From assembly GCA_937916465.1 (NCBI GenBank), contig CALFTK010000021.1:35297-99296 (forward strand): DNA of 64,000 bases, in the 5' to 3' direction. Within the stretch, counting starts at the first letter, position 1; every line of letters begins with the position of its first letter. Both the position numbers and the translations under genes were made by a program. The notes below the pieces were generated by a model. It did not search any database. It saw only the letters and a list, made by a program, of their open reading frames with translations, and was not told the DNA's origin. Below are positions 49,708-60,663 of the stretch, one piece after another. The stretch comes from an uncultured Bacteroidales bacterium. GTDB lineage: Bacteria > Bacteroidota > Bacteroidia > Bacteroidales > Bacteroidaceae.

Positions 49708-50841
49708 TTACTGTTTTATAAGAATGATAAGTTTCAACGATAAATCGAAGAATACCATTCTGGAATTTACATTCTGTTCTATATGTCGTTGGGCTAATGA
49801 AAATTCTTCCATCAGTCCTATTATGTTTCTCTCATTAACAAACGGAGCAAATTTTGTGGAAAAATTCTGCTCTTGCATTGTAAGATAGTTGAGCGATGGG
49901 TTGTGAAAATTGCAGATGAAATTTTCTCGAATCATGCGTTGGCAATAGGCTAAGAACCGTTTTTGCCATTCACGACCATACGCAGCCAATGTCTCTGCCA
50001 GGTTTTTTATCTCTTTTACATTTCTGGAGTAAGCCAGACGCATTAACTGCATAAAGAAATTTAGATACTCCTGACTCTCTTCGTTTATTTGTAATGTCTG
50101 TAGTGCCTTGTGCCAACTGCCTGAACAGATATGTGAAATGTTCTGGGCAGTAGTACTGTCAACACTATATGGCGGTTGCTGAAGTCTGGCAGAAATTTCG
50201 TTCTCCTGCAACCGTTTGAACTCAATTCGTTGTGTTCTACTTGTTATGGTTTCCAATATCATATCCGGATTGTTGGAAACCAAAATAAATACTGTCTTCT
50301 GTGGCGGTTCCTCTAACAGTTTCAGCAGACTGTTGGAACATGCCGGATGCATCTTTTCAGGATACCAGATAATGGCTATTTTATAACCGCCTTCGGTCGA
50401 TTTCAACGATAGTTTGTTGGTAATTACATCACTTTCTGCTGCAAAAATCTGAGCCTGTTTATTATCTGCTCCCAGTGATATAAGCCAGTCTTCCAAATTG
50501 AAATACTCCTTTTCTGTAACAATCTCTCGCCAATTCTTTATTTCGTCATCACATCTGGTTGGTTTTTGCGATGACTTGCTTTTGTTTATTACAGGATATA
50601 AAAAATGTAGATCAGGATGTACCAGTTTGTTCATCTTGTAACACGAAGGACAAGTGCCGCAAGAATCGTTGTCGGCACTGTTCTTGCAGAGCAGATACCT
50701 GGCAAAGGCAATAGCCATTGGCAGTTTGCCGGTTCCTTCCGGACCACTGAACAGCAGTGCGTGAGGGACTGTCCCCTTACGCACCATATTCAGCAATCTG
50801 GCTTTTATATCGTCCTGTCCAATTATATCCTTGAAGTACAT
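49708..50841 (-). CDS. holB: DNA polymerase III delta-prime subunit
   Basis: 377 aa with HALLFSGPEGTGK, the zinc-module cysteines CGTCPSC, and an SRT(Q) sensor. Confidence 0.8.
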   Translation of the reverse strand: MYFKDIIGQDDIKARLLNMVRKGTVPHALLFSGPEGTGKLPMAIAFARYLLCKNSADNDSCGTCPSCYKMNKLVHPDLHFLYPVINKSKSSQKPTRCDDEIKNWREIVTEKEYFNLEDWLISLGADNKQAQIFAAESDVITNKLSLKSTEGGYKIAIIWYPEKMHPACSNSLLKLLEEPPQKTVFILVSNNPDMILETITSRTQRIEFKRLQENEISARLQQPPYSVDSTTAQNISHICSGSWHKALQTLQINEESQEYLNFFMQLMRLAYSRNVKEIKNLAETLAAYGREWQKRFLAYCQRMIRENFICNFHNPSLNYLTMQEQNFSTKFAPFVNERNIIGLMEEFSLAQRHIEQNVNSRMVFFDLSLKLIILIKQ

Positions 50842-50861
50842 CAGTATTAAGGTTATGCGGT

Positions 50862-52502
50862 TTACAGGATTGTACAGTTACAACTTGGTTTTAGCTGTTT
50901 GAAGAAATCATTACCCTTGTCATCTACAAGAATGAAAGCAGGGAAGTCTTCTACTTCAATTTTCCAAATAGCCTCCATACCCAATTCCGGATACTCTACA
51001 CACTCAATAGATTTGATATTGTTCTGTGCAAGTATGGCAGCAGGACCACCTATTGAACCTAAATAGAATCCACCATGTTTTTGACAGGCATTAGTAACGT
51101 CTATTGAACGGTTACCTTTAGCCAACATTATAAGTGAACCACCATTAGCCTGGAATTCATCTACGTATGGGTCCATACGACCGGCTGTAGTTGGTCCCAT
51201 TGAACCGCAAGCCATTCCTGCAGGTGTCTTTGCCGGACCGGCATAGTAAATTGGATGGTCTTTCATATACTGTGGCATAGGTTCACCGGCATCCAGGCGA
51301 GCCTTGATTTTTGCATGTGCTATATCGCGTCCTACTATGATAGTACCGTTCAGTGAAAGTCTGGTTGAAACAGGGTATTTGCTCAGTATTTTGCAAACTT
51401 CGCTCATGGGCTGATTCAAATCAATTCTTACTACTTCGCCTTCGCCTGCATTTCTCAACTCTTCAGGTATCAGTTCGTATGGTTTGTCATCCATCTTTTC
51501 AATCCAGATACCATCTTTGTTAATCTTACACTTTATGTTGCGGTCGGCCGAACAGCTTACACCCAAACCTATAGGGCAACTTGCACCGTGACGTGGCAGA
51601 CGTACTACGCGCACATCGTGAGCCATATATTTGCCACCGAACTGTGCTCCCAAACCTATCTTGTAAGCCTCCTGAAGCAGTTGCTTTTCAAGCTCTATGT
51701 CGCGGAATGCACGACCGGTTTCATCGCCTGTAGTTGGAAGTTCATCATAATAGTGTGTAGATGCAAGTTTAACTGTTAACAGGTTCTTTTCTGCACTTGT
51801 TCCACCTATTACAATTGCAATATGGTATGGAGGACAAGCTGCTGTTCCCAAACTCTTCATCTTTTCTACAAGGAATGGAACCAATGTGCCGGCATTCTGT
51901 ATGCGGGCTTTTGTCTCCTGATACAGGTATGTCTTGTTTGCTGAACCGCCACCTTTGGTTACGCAGAGGAAATGGTATTCCATACCTTCTGTTGCCTCTA
52001 AATCTATCTGTGCAGGCAAATTACATTTGGTATTTACTTCGTCATACATAGTTAACGGAGCGTTCTGGCTGTAACGCAGGTTCTCTTCTGTATAGGTTTT
52101 ATAAACACCTAATGAAAGAGCCTCTTCGTCACAGTAACCTGTCCATACCTGCTGACCTTTTTCACCATGAATAATAGCTGTACCGGTATCCTGACAAAGC
52201 GGTAACTTACCTTTTGCAGAAACTTCTGCATTGCGCAAGAATGTAAGAGCTACATATTTGTCGTTGTCACTGGCTTCCGGGTCTCTCAATATTTTAGCTA
52301 CCTGTTCGTTGTGTGAACGGCGCAACAGGAACGATACATCGCGGAAAGCAGCATTAGCCATTTTTGTAAGACCCTCCTTTTCAATTTTCAGGATAGGTTT
52401 GCCTTCGAACTCGCTTACACTTACATGATCTTTTGTAAGCAGATAGTACTCTGTTTTGTCTTCGCCCAACTGAAACATTGGTGCATACTTGAATTTATCC
52501 AT
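50862..52502 (-). CDS. fumB: Class I (Fe-S) fumarate hydratase
   Basis: 546-aa fused alpha/beta hydrolyase with CQDTGTA, GGGSANK and a C-terminal beta-domain. Confidence 0.85.
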   Translation of the reverse strand: MDKFKYAPMFQLGEDKTEYYLLTKDHVSVSEFEGKPILKIEKEGLTKMANAAFRDVSFLLRRSHNEQVAKILRDPEASDNDKYVALTFLRNAEVSAKGKLPLCQDTGTAIIHGEKGQQVWTGYCDEEALSLGVYKTYTEENLRYSQNAPLTMYDEVNTKCNLPAQIDLEATEGMEYHFLCVTKGGGSANKTYLYQETKARIQNAGTLVPFLVEKMKSLGTAACPPYHIAIVIGGTSAEKNLLTVKLASTHYYDELPTTGDETGRAFRDIELEKQLLQEAYKIGLGAQFGGKYMAHDVRVVRLPRHGASCPIGLGVSCSADRNIKCKINKDGIWIEKMDDKPYELIPEELRNAGEGEVVRIDLNQPMSEVCKILSKYPVSTRLSLNGTIIVGRDIAHAKIKARLDAGEPMPQYMKDHPIYYAGPAKTPAGMACGSMGPTTAGRMDPYVDEFQANGGSLIMLAKGNRSIDVTNACQKHGGFYLGSIGGPAAILAQNNIKSIECVEYPELGMEAIWKIEVEDFPAFILVDDKGNDFFKQLKPSCNCTIL

Positions 52503-52514
52503 ATCGCTATATTT

Positions 52515-53777
52515 TTATTGTTCGTATTCTGTATCGGGATAGAGGAAATCGTTGTACGGATATTTCTGTACGTGAAGCTGTTTCACCCTGTCGTAAAGCA
52601 CGCTTCTCAGTTCCTCTATATTGGTTCGTTTGGTTGCAGAGATGAATAGACATTCTCCGTCTAATTTTGCCATCCAGGTCTGCATCAGTTCATCAATTGT
52701 AACATTCTCTTTTGTGGCAGGCGTTAAATCATCGGCCTCTTTTTCTACCCATGAATATGCATCTATCTTATTGAATATCACAATGCTGGGCTTATCTCCT
52801 GCGCCAAGTTCAGACAGTGTCTTTTCCACAACTGTCATCTGGTCTTCAAAATCTGGATGTGATATATCTATAACATGAAGTAATAAATCGGCTTCACGCA
52901 CTTCGTCCAGTGTGGATTTGAATGATTCTACAAGGTCTGTAGGCAGCTTGCGAATAAATCCTACTGTATCGGAAAGCAAAAACGGCAGATTCTCTACCAC
53001 CACTTTTCTTACTGTGGTATCTAAAGTGGCAAATAGTTTGTTCTCTGCAAATACGTCACTCTTTGACAGTAGGTTCATAAGTGTGGATTTACCTACGTTT
53101 GTATATCCAACCAGCGCTACGCGGATTAATCTGCCACGATTTTTGCGCATTGTCGATTTCTGTCTGTCAATATCTTGCAGTTGCTGTTTAAGCCACGAAA
53201 TTCGTTTGGTTATTATTCGGCGGTCCATTTCAAGCTGGGTTTCACCCGGTCCGCGCAGACCAACACTACCCTTACCGCCTCCGGCACCTGAACCACCACC
53301 CTGGCGTTCCAAGTGGGTCCACATTCGTTGCAGTCTGGGCAGCAGATATTTGTATTGTGCAAGTTCAACCTGTGTTTTTGCGTGGGCTGTTTGTGCACGC
53401 ATGGCGAATATGTCCAATATTAGTGATGTCCTGTCCAGAACTTTTACATTCAGAGCTTTCTCTATGGCCGACATCTGTTTGGCGGTCAGTTCATCATCAA
53501 AAATAGCCATACCTACTTCATCTTCCAGGTCTGCCATTTTATCTATGTAGGCTCTTATCTCTTCAAGTTTACCCTTTCCAACGTATGTGGCAGAATTTGC
53601 AGCATTTATCTTCTGGGTAAAACGGCGCATGACTCTTACTCCGGCAGTATCGGCCAAGAACTCCAGTTCATCAAGATACTCTTCGGTTTTGCGCTCGTTC
53701 TGCTCCTGTGTTATTATACCCACAAGTACAGCGGTTTCTGCTCTATTTTCGGCTGTTACTATAAACTCTTCCTTCAT
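52515..53777 (-). CDS. hflX: GTPase HflX
   Basis: 420 aa with an HflX N-terminal domain and G motifs GYTNVGKST, DTVGF and NKID. Confidence 0.9.
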   Translation of the reverse strand: MKEEFIVTAENRAETAVLVGIITQEQNERKTEEYLDELEFLADTAGVRVMRRFTQKINAANSATYVGKGKLEEIRAYIDKMADLEDEVGMAIFDDELTAKQMSAIEKALNVKVLDRTSLILDIFAMRAQTAHAKTQVELAQYKYLLPRLQRMWTHLERQGGGSGAGGGKGSVGLRGPGETQLEMDRRIITKRISWLKQQLQDIDRQKSTMRKNRGRLIRVALVGYTNVGKSTLMNLLSKSDVFAENKLFATLDTTVRKVVVENLPFLLSDTVGFIRKLPTDLVESFKSTLDEVREADLLLHVIDISHPDFEDQMTVVEKTLSELGAGDKPSIVIFNKIDAYSWVEKEADDLTPATKENVTIDELMQTWMAKLDGECLFISATKRTNIEELRSVLYDRVKQLHVQKYPYNDFLYPDTEYEQ

Positions 53778-54484
53778 CTTTCTCTTTTTTCAGTGTCTTT
53801 CTTCTCTTTATCCTCTTTTCCCCCTACCAACATAACTATTTCTCCCTTGGGTTCGTGGGTGGTGAAATGTTCTATCAGTTCTGCCAATGTACCTCTTACA
53901 CACTCTTCATGTATTTTGGATATTTCGCGGCATACAGCAGCCGGTCTGTCCGGTCCAAATGTTTCTGCAAACTGACTTAATGTCTTTACCACTCTGTAAG
54001 GCGATTCGTAGAATATCATTGTTCTGGATTCATCTTTAAGTGATGCAATCTTGGTAGCACGTCCCTTTTTTTGTGGTAGAAAACCTTCAAAACAGAATCT
54101 GTCGCATGGTAGGGCCGATATTACCAGCGCCGGAACAAATGCTGTGGCGCCCGGCAGACACTCTACATCTATGCCACTGTTTACGCATTGGCGCACTAAC
54201 ATGAATCCCGGATCTGAAATGGCCGGAGTGCCTGCATCGCTTATCAGAGCTATGGATTCTCCGCTTAAAATACGTTCGGATATTCGTGCAACAGTTTCGT
54301 GTTCATTGAATTTGTGATGTGACAGGAGAGGCTTCTTAATATCATAATGCTTTAACAGAATACCACTTGTGCGGGTATCTTCTGCCAAAATAAGGTCAAC
54401 TTCTTTCAATATTCTTATTGCCCTTAAAGTGATATCTTCCAGATTGCCTACCGGCGTAGGAATCAAGTATAATTTTCCTGCCAT
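53774..54484 (-). CDS. rsmI: 16S rRNA (cytidine1402-2'-O)-methyltransferase
   Basis: 236 aa with LYLIPTPVGNLEDITLRA and the tetrapyrrole-methylase fold pattern. Confidence 0.9.
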   Translation of the reverse strand: MAGKLYLIPTPVGNLEDITLRAIRILKEVDLILAEDTRTSGILLKHYDIKKPLLSHHKFNEHETVARISERILSGESIALISDAGTPAISDPGFMLVRQCVNSGIDVECLPGATAFVPALVISALPCDRFCFEGFLPQKKGRATKIASLKDESRTMIFYESPYRVVKTLSQFAETFGPDRPAAVCREISKIHEECVRGTLAELIEHFTTHEPKGEIVMLVGGKEDKEKKDTEKRER

Positions 54485-54650
54485 TATTCAAATTATTATC
54501 AGAGAGCAAAAATAAACAAAAAAATTCTCAATCATTCTATTTTTCCACCTTATTAAAGGGTAATCTGATTTTATTCATAACAGAGTTCGGTTTTTAATCT
54601 ATTTGTACTATCTTTACACATTGCATACAAGAATTATCAAGTAAGTCTAT

Positions 54651-56375
54651 ATGAAGAAAGTATTGAAAATATCAGGTATAGTATATTTGCTGCTCTTCTT
54701 TGCAGCAATCTTCTTGTTCTATAAGTTAGTAGTTCCATATCAGATGGCATTTAAAGAGCAAGCAGGTTTCTTTATGGCAACATCGTCATATATAGCTCAA
54801 TATTTGCAAAAACCGGCCATTTTATCGGAACTTTTGGGCGATTTTCTTACTCAGTTGTTCTGCCTGAAAACTTATTATGCAGTAATTCCTGTTTTGTTGC
54901 TTGTCTTAGTGTGGTTGGGTTTTGCGTTGACCATTAAGAGGGTGACAAAAAACAGTTCAGCTTTTATATCTGCATTGTTACCGGTCGCAGTAGAGGCGGC
55001 ATTTCTTGTCTATATGAATTATCCGCTATCTTCCACTATATCGCTTCTTGTTGCAGTATGGTCTGCATATCTGGTTACAGGTTTGCAGAATAATTGGAGT
55101 AAAAAGATTTTGCTTGCAATTTTGGTACCCCTACTATATCTGCTTATAGGCGGGCATACGCTGACGTTTATGCTGATAGTTACAGTAATGGATTTGAAAT
55201 TGTGGCAATTCAATCTGTCTGTGTTTGTGGTTGGAATAGTAGTAATTATGCTCATGGGACGTTTATATAACCTAACCTTTCAGCAGTCACTATTGTATCC
55301 TATTATTCCGGGTTATATTATTCCATCAAATACAATGCTTTTGCTTATGGCTGCAGCTGTTTTGTTGGCTTTGATATGTGGTAGTCTGAAAGTTTATGGT
55401 TGGATAACTTCTGTTTTGTCGGCTTCATTATTGGTTTTGGTTATGCATTTTTCATATAATGCCGATACAGAATATGCTGTAAAAATATCAACAAAGGCAT
55501 ACAACGATAAATGGAACGAAGTAAAGAGTTTGTCATTAGATAACAAAACCAACAATCCTCTTGGAATATACTACAGAAATTTGTCATTCGCACGTGAAGG
55601 CAGACTGGCTCAGGAACTGTTTAAGCATGCGCAGATGACTTCTGACGGGCTTTTTATGGATCTTCAACCCGGGGTGACATATCTGGAGGTCTTTTCATAT
55701 CTTGATGTCCTTTTGGAAGTAGGCGATGTTTCGCAGGCAACAGACTGTGCTTTGCTTTGTCAGACTGTTATGCCAAAATCATATTCATCGCGTGGCATAA
55801 AGAACCTTGCAGAGATAGCAATGATAGTGGGCGATATAGATGTGGCAAATAAATACCTTGATATGTTGGAAGCAACCATTCCGCATAAGAAATGGGCTGT
55901 AAAAATGAAAGAATGTATGGCTGCCGATTCTCTACCGCAAGAGTATGTGGTATATCGTAATCGTATGCCTTTAGTCGATTATTTTTATCAGCAGAATAAC
56001 TGGCGCGAATCACTTGTTGCAGTAGCCGATGCCAATCCGCTGAATGTGGTTGCAATAGATTACCTGTTGTCAGCAAGTCTGCTCAATAAGAATTATCAGA
56101 CATTCCTTTCTCACTATGACCGATACTATCTTAATAAGTTGGATAGAATAATTCAGGTACCTGAAATATATCAGCAGGCATTACTGCTTCAGGCTACTGA
56201 TGATGAAAGTCTGCAGATGATTATGGAAAAGTACAGAATTCCTATGAGTATGGTCGATTATTATTTTGCTTTTGTAGATGCACAAGCTGAATCGCAAGGC
56301 GATATACGTAAATTAGGCAATTTTGCAGGCACGTATTGGTATTATATGGTTTTAGCAAGATTTAATAAGCAATGA
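54651..56375 (+). CDS. Large polytopic membrane protein with a soluble helical C-terminal domain (possibly DUF6057 family)
   Basis: 574 aa, with about 9-10 hydrophobic helices in the first ~270 aa followed by a helical soluble part. Confidence 0.4.
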   Translation: MKKVLKISGIVYLLLFFAAIFLFYKLVVPYQMAFKEQAGFFMATSSYIAQYLQKPAILSELLGDFLTQLFCLKTYYAVIPVLLLVLVWLGFALTIKRVTKNSSAFISALLPVAVEAAFLVYMNYPLSSTISLLVAVWSAYLVTGLQNNWSKKILLAILVPLLYLLIGGHTLTFMLIVTVMDLKLWQFNLSVFVVGIVVIMLMGRLYNLTFQQSLLYPIIPGYIIPSNTMLLLMAAAVLLALICGSLKVYGWITSVLSASLLVLVMHFSYNADTEYAVKISTKAYNDKWNEVKSLSLDNKTNNPLGIYYRNLSFAREGRLAQELFKHAQMTSDGLFMDLQPGVTYLEVFSYLDVLLEVGDVSQATDCALLCQTVMPKSYSSRGIKNLAEIAMIVGDIDVANKYLDMLEATIPHKKWAVKMKECMAADSLPQEYVVYRNRMPLVDYFYQQNNWRESLVAVADANPLNVVAIDYLLSASLLNKNYQTFLSHYDRYYLNKLDRIIQVPEIYQQALLLQATDDESLQMIMEKYRIPMSMVDYYFAFVDAQAESQGDIRKLGNFAGTYWYYMVLARFNKQ

Positions 56376-57808
56376 TTATGAAGAAGATATATGTATTATT
56401 GGCTACAGTACTTGTACTCTTTGCAAGCTGTTCTAAAGATAGTGGTACAGTTACATCGGAAAGTATATTTCCTAACTATTCCGATGTAGTTATCCCAGTC
56501 AATATAGCACCGCTTAATTTTATGGTCAGTGGTGCCGAAAAGGTGAAAGTAAACATTAGCGGAACATCTGAATATAGCTTTTCCAATAGAGGTGAAACAG
56601 TAAAATTTCCATTGAAGAGATGGAAACAGATGTTGAATGTAGAAAAAGGAAACAGTTTGAAAGTATCGGTATTTGTAAATGGTGAAAACAGTCCGCTGGC
56701 GCAGTTTAATTGGACCGTTTCTGCCGATTCCATCGATAAATATCTAAGTTATCGTCTTATTGAACCTGCCTACGAAGTGTGGAGCAGAATAGAGATTCAG
56801 GAACGAAACCTTGAAAACTTCTCTACTCGTCTTCTGGGCGACAACAGAACTGCCGATAAGTGTTGTATTAACTGTCACACAACAAATAACAAAGGCACAT
56901 CATTCATGCATCTGCGTGGCTCAAATGGTGGAACAATATTAAACAGAAATGGTGTTGTTACAAAACTGAATACCAAAACTGAATTTACCGGCAATACTGT
57001 ATATGGCGATATATCGACCGACGGCAGATATGGCGTGTTCACAACGGCCGATATCAAGTTTGCCATCCATTCCCACTATACAAAGCGTATGGAGGTCTAT
57101 GACTCTTCAAGCGATTTGGTAGTTTTGGATTTTGACAATCTTACAGTAACCGATGCTCCTTGTGTAAAAGGTACGGAGTATCAGGAAACTTTCCCATGCT
57201 TTGCTCCGGATGGAAAAACTATCTTTTTTTGCCGTGCAAAGCATCTGCCACAACCCGATAGTTTGGCCCACATGAAGTATGATATAGCTGCTGTCCAATT
57301 TGATCCGAATACAGGAAAAATTGGAAACAAGGTGGTTACAGTGGTAAGTACTGAAGGTAGGGATGTATCTTTCAGCCACTTGAAATGTTCTCCTGACGGT
57401 CGTTATCTTATGGCTACTGCAGCCAGTTATGGAACTTTCCCTGTTTGGCACGAAGAGAGTGAATTGTGGCTTATCGATTTGAGAACCGGTGCGGTTGATG
57501 TTATGAAGGATACTAATGCCAGGTATGCCGATACATATCATAGTTGGAGCAGTAACAGTCGTTGGATAGTGTTTGCCTCCAAACGTGACGACAAGGTATA
57601 TGGTCGTCCTTACATTGCTCACGTTGATGAAAACGGCAAAGTATCTAAAGCGTTTGTATTACCGCAAAAGAATCCGGATCTTTATAACACAACATTGAAA
57701 TCATTTAACCTTCCTGAACTTTCGGCAGTAAAGGAAGATTATAATGCACGTGACGTTTCCGTTCTATACAACAAAATAGAACCTAAACAGGTAACTTATA
57801 AACAGTAA
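56372..57808 (+). CDS. Lipoprotein with a CxxCH motif and PD40/TolB-like beta-propeller repeats
   Basis: 478 aa with the lipobox LFASCS, the sequence CCINCHT, and repeated DGRYGVF / PDGKTIFF / SPDGRYLMA / SNSRWIVFAS motifs. It overlaps the upstream gene by 4 nt. Confidence 0.5.
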   Translation: MIMKKIYVLLATVLVLFASCSKDSGTVTSESIFPNYSDVVIPVNIAPLNFMVSGAEKVKVNISGTSEYSFSNRGETVKFPLKRWKQMLNVEKGNSLKVSVFVNGENSPLAQFNWTVSADSIDKYLSYRLIEPAYEVWSRIEIQERNLENFSTRLLGDNRTADKCCINCHTTNNKGTSFMHLRGSNGGTILNRNGVVTKLNTKTEFTGNTVYGDISTDGRYGVFTTADIKFAIHSHYTKRMEVYDSSSDLVVLDFDNLTVTDAPCVKGTEYQETFPCFAPDGKTIFFCRAKHLPQPDSLAHMKYDIAAVQFDPNTGKIGNKVVTVVSTEGRDVSFSHLKCSPDGRYLMATAASYGTFPVWHEESELWLIDLRTGAVDVMKDTNARYADTYHSWSSNSRWIVFASKRDDKVYGRPYIAHVDENGKVSKAFVLPQKNPDLYNTTLKSFNLPELSAVKEDYNARDVSVLYNKIEPKQVTYKQ

Positions 57809-57816
57809 TTTTTTTA

Positions 57817-59169
57817 TCAATCCAGATAACGGGCAAAGAAATCCAGGAAGTAGGGCCAGTTTGGTCCGGCTTCGTGGCCTCCTGAATGTTGGCGGAAAGC
57901 TATATCTCCATCCAACAATCCGTAGTTAACTCCCGGGAAAAGGTCTGTACCAATACCTTTTAAACCCAGGAACTCATAAATTTCCGATGCTTTTGCAGCA
58001 CCAATAAATGAACCGTTTATATCAACCCACATTTCCGGTTCAGATACTGCACCTACCGAAATGAATATTGGTCTGGGGGCACACATCCCTATTAGTTCGT
58101 GCTGGTCAACAGGCAGGTCGTCCCATGAACGGTTAACATCGGAATATTTTATCATGTTTCCTGCAACCCAGTGGTATGAATCCCATGCAGTGGTGTTGTC
58201 ACAGGTTTCTCCACAGTTTCTTCTCCATGCTCCTGCGCCTGCTCGACCTGATGAACAGACCATTGCGGTGGCTACACGTTCATCGAATGCCATTGTAACC
58301 AATGCTGCTTTGCCATATCGCGATACACCCTCAACTGCAACTTTATCGGCTGCAAAACGGTTGTCTGTTTCAAAGTAGTCTATAAGTTTAGAAACTCCCC
58401 AGCCCCAAGCGCGAAGTACACCCCAATCATCGGGTTTACGATACTCTCCTTTGTTACATAACCCAATAATACCACTTCTTAGACCGTGCCCGGAGTCCGG
58501 CTGGACTGTATTAGGTAATATCTGCGCAGCTGCCCATCCGCGTTCCAGAACCTGTTGTTGCCAACTGATTGCACCACCCCACGACATAGGCATTCCTAAC
58601 ATATATGAAAAAACTACTACCACCGGCAGGTTTTCAGTAGCATCTTTTCTCCACATAACCTGCGCCTGAATCTCTACCTCTATTTCAGGATAGCTACTGT
58701 TGTCAACAATACCACGCAATTCTCTTATTACAATATCCATATCTGCCAATTTTGCATCGTATTCGCGTGCTATTTGCCAATCTACATTAGGAACATTTTC
58801 CGGGATTCGCCCATAGACCTCTCTTTCAAAGACCTCTTTGATTTCGGGACGGCGTACTTTATACCACATACGGGCATTCTTTACCTTCTTTCCACTGAAT
58901 GTAGTAAATGGATCGGGGTAGAAAGGAAACGGGTTTGCCAACAGTTCATTGTAGTTTGGACGTAAAGCCGGGTCGGCAGCCTGACTGTCACGGCGTGGAT
59001 TGGTCTCTTTTACTCCAATCTGAGATTTCATATTCTCATAATCTGCCATAGTAGCTCTGTTCAAACTATCTTGATTAACTCTTTGCATAGCACCCCATTG
59101 TGCTTTAGCACTACATACGGTCAGGATAAGTGTAACAGCTGTCAGTAGAATTTTCTTCTTCATATACAT
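57817..59169 (-). CDS. Carbohydrate esterase family 15 (glucuronoyl esterase)-like
   Basis: 450 aa with a signal peptide and the nucleophile motif GVSRYGKAAL (CE15 G-C/V-S-R-x-G-K). Confidence 0.65.
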   Translation of the reverse strand: MYMKKKILLTAVTLILTVCSAKAQWGAMQRVNQDSLNRATMADYENMKSQIGVKETNPRRDSQAADPALRPNYNELLANPFPFYPDPFTTFSGKKVKNARMWYKVRRPEIKEVFEREVYGRIPENVPNVDWQIAREYDAKLADMDIVIRELRGIVDNSSYPEIEVEIQAQVMWRKDATENLPVVVVFSYMLGMPMSWGGAISWQQQVLERGWAAAQILPNTVQPDSGHGLRSGIIGLCNKGEYRKPDDWGVLRAWGWGVSKLIDYFETDNRFAADKVAVEGVSRYGKAALVTMAFDERVATAMVCSSGRAGAGAWRRNCGETCDNTTAWDSYHWVAGNMIKYSDVNRSWDDLPVDQHELIGMCAPRPIFISVGAVSEPEMWVDINGSFIGAAKASEIYEFLGLKGIGTDLFPGVNYGLLDGDIAFRQHSGGHEAGPNWPYFLDFFARYLD

Positions 59170-59220
59170 ATTGGTTCTTTTTTATGCTTTAGCGAATTTT
59201 AGTTTATGCAAAAATAGTAA

Positions 59221-59228
59221 TAACTTTG
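59221..59228 (+). promoter_or_regulatory. -7 promoter box (TAACTTTG) upstream of the GH28 gene
   Basis: TAnnTTTG match about 20-30 nt upstream of the candidate ATGs. Confidence 0.4.
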
Positions 59229-59241
59229 CGTTAACCAAATA

Positions 59242-60663
59242 TTGAACTGTATGAAAAAAATGCTTTACATTTTGTTGTTATTGACGGTATTTGCTGTTCC
59301 TGTGGTAGCAGAAGATTTTACGCAGGTGACAGCTCCTGAAGCTCCGTTTATCTTTGAACCATTGCAAATGTATGTTTTTCCAGACAAAGACTATCCTATA
59401 ACCAAATATGGAGCAAAGCAGGGCAATGTTCAGGCTACTACAAATGCTTTTGCAAAAGCAATGGCTGCCTGCAATAAAAATGGTGGTGGGCGTGTGGTTG
59501 TTCCACCGGGAGTCTGGAATACCGGCCCAATTCATTTTAAAAGTAACTGTAATCTATACATAAGCGAAGGTGCCAAAATTGTCTTTGATGATGATTTGCA
59601 TATGTATTATCCTGCTGTCAAGACATCGTGGGAAGGTACTGAATGTATGAACATATCGCCGTTAATATATGCATACGAATGTAAGAATATAGCTATAAGC
59701 GGTCCCGGTATGCTTGCTCCGGAAATGGACTTTTGGCGTACATGGTTTGAAAAGAGTGATTCGCACCTTGAAGCTACTCGCAGATTGTACGCAATGTGTT
59801 CTACTCAGGTGCCTGTAGAGCAGCGCCGAATGGATGCTCCGGGAGTTCAAATGCGTCCGCATCTTATACATTTGAATCGTTGTGAAAATGTTCAATTGGA
59901 TGGCTTTCGTATTCATGAAAGCCCTTTCTGGACAATACATACCTTTATGTGTAAAGATGTTTGGGTGCACCATTTGGATGTTTATGCGCATGGTCATAAC
60001 AATGACGGTATAGATTTGGAGATGACTCAACATGTTGTGGTAGAAGATTGTACTTTCAATCAAGGCGACGATGGAGTGGTTATAAAAGCCGGTCGCAATC
60101 ATGATGGATGGCATTTGGGAATGCCTTCACAGGATATTGTGATACGTAATTGTGAAATAATCAATGCTCATTCCGTATTGGGTATAGGAAGTGAAATGTC
60201 CGGTGGAGTACGCAGGGTATATATGCATAACTGTAACTCATCGTCGGAAGTGTATAGACTCTTTTACATTAAGACAAATCATAGGCGTGGAGGTTTTATT
60301 GACAATGTTACTGTGCAGAATGTATCGGCTTCCAAGATGATGCGTGTATTTGAAATCGATACAGACGTTATGTATCAGTGGCGCGATATAGTTCCTACAT
60401 TCGATACAGTCTATACGAAAATCAGTAATATAGCTATTATTGATGCCAAAGCAGACCAGGCAGATGCCATATACGAAATAAAAGGTGATGATAATTCTCC
60501 TATAGAGAATATCACCATTAAAAATATTCACGTGGGCGAAGTTAACCAGTTTATAAATAATGTGGTCAATGTAAGGAATCTTACTGTCGATAATGTCAGA
60601 TGGGATAATTTTACGCTGAAAGATCGCGAAATCAATGTACCGGGTATCGCTCCCGGCCGTTAA
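59242..60663 (+). CDS. Glycoside hydrolase family 28 (polygalacturonase-like)
   Basis: 473 aa with GH28 motifs NNDGIDL, QGDDGVVIKAG, GIGSEMSGG and YIKT. The true start may be the ATG at 59251 (MKKMLYILL). Confidence 0.8.
   Translation: MNCMKKMLYILLLLTVFAVPVVAEDFTQVTAPEAPFIFEPLQMYVFPDKDYPITKYGAKQGNVQATTNAFAKAMAACNKNGGGRVVVPPGVWNTGPIHFKSNCNLYISEGAKIVFDDDLHMYYPAVKTSWEGTECMNISPLIYAYECKNIAISGPGMLAPEMDFWRTWFEKSDSHLEATRRLYAMCSTQVPVEQRRMDAPGVQMRPHLIHLNRCENVQLDGFRIHESPFWTIHTFMCKDVWVHHLDVYAHGHNNDGIDLEMTQHVVVEDCTFNQGDDGVVIKAGRNHDGWHLGMPSQDIVIRNCEIINAHSVLGIGSEMSGGVRRVYMHNCNSSSEVYRLFYIKTNHRRGGFIDNVTVQNVSASKMMRVFEIDTDVMYQWRDIVPTFDTVYTKISNIAIIDAKADQADAIYEIKGDDNSPIENITIKNIHVGEVNQFINNVVNVRNLTVDNVRWDNFTLKDREINVPGIAPGR

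Noticed and set aside
52912-53550. A 212-aa plus-strand ORF antisense to hflX. Similar long antisense ORFs occur at 45009-45653 (in mrdA), 18754-19326 (in hsdM), 42958-43473 (in mreB), 27231-27746 (in the AI-2E gene), 57107-57622 and 61127-61633.
   Set aside because: All lie wholly inside strongly supported genes on the other strand. They have low-complexity or Ser/Pro/Arg-skewed composition and no promoter box. They are shadow ORFs.
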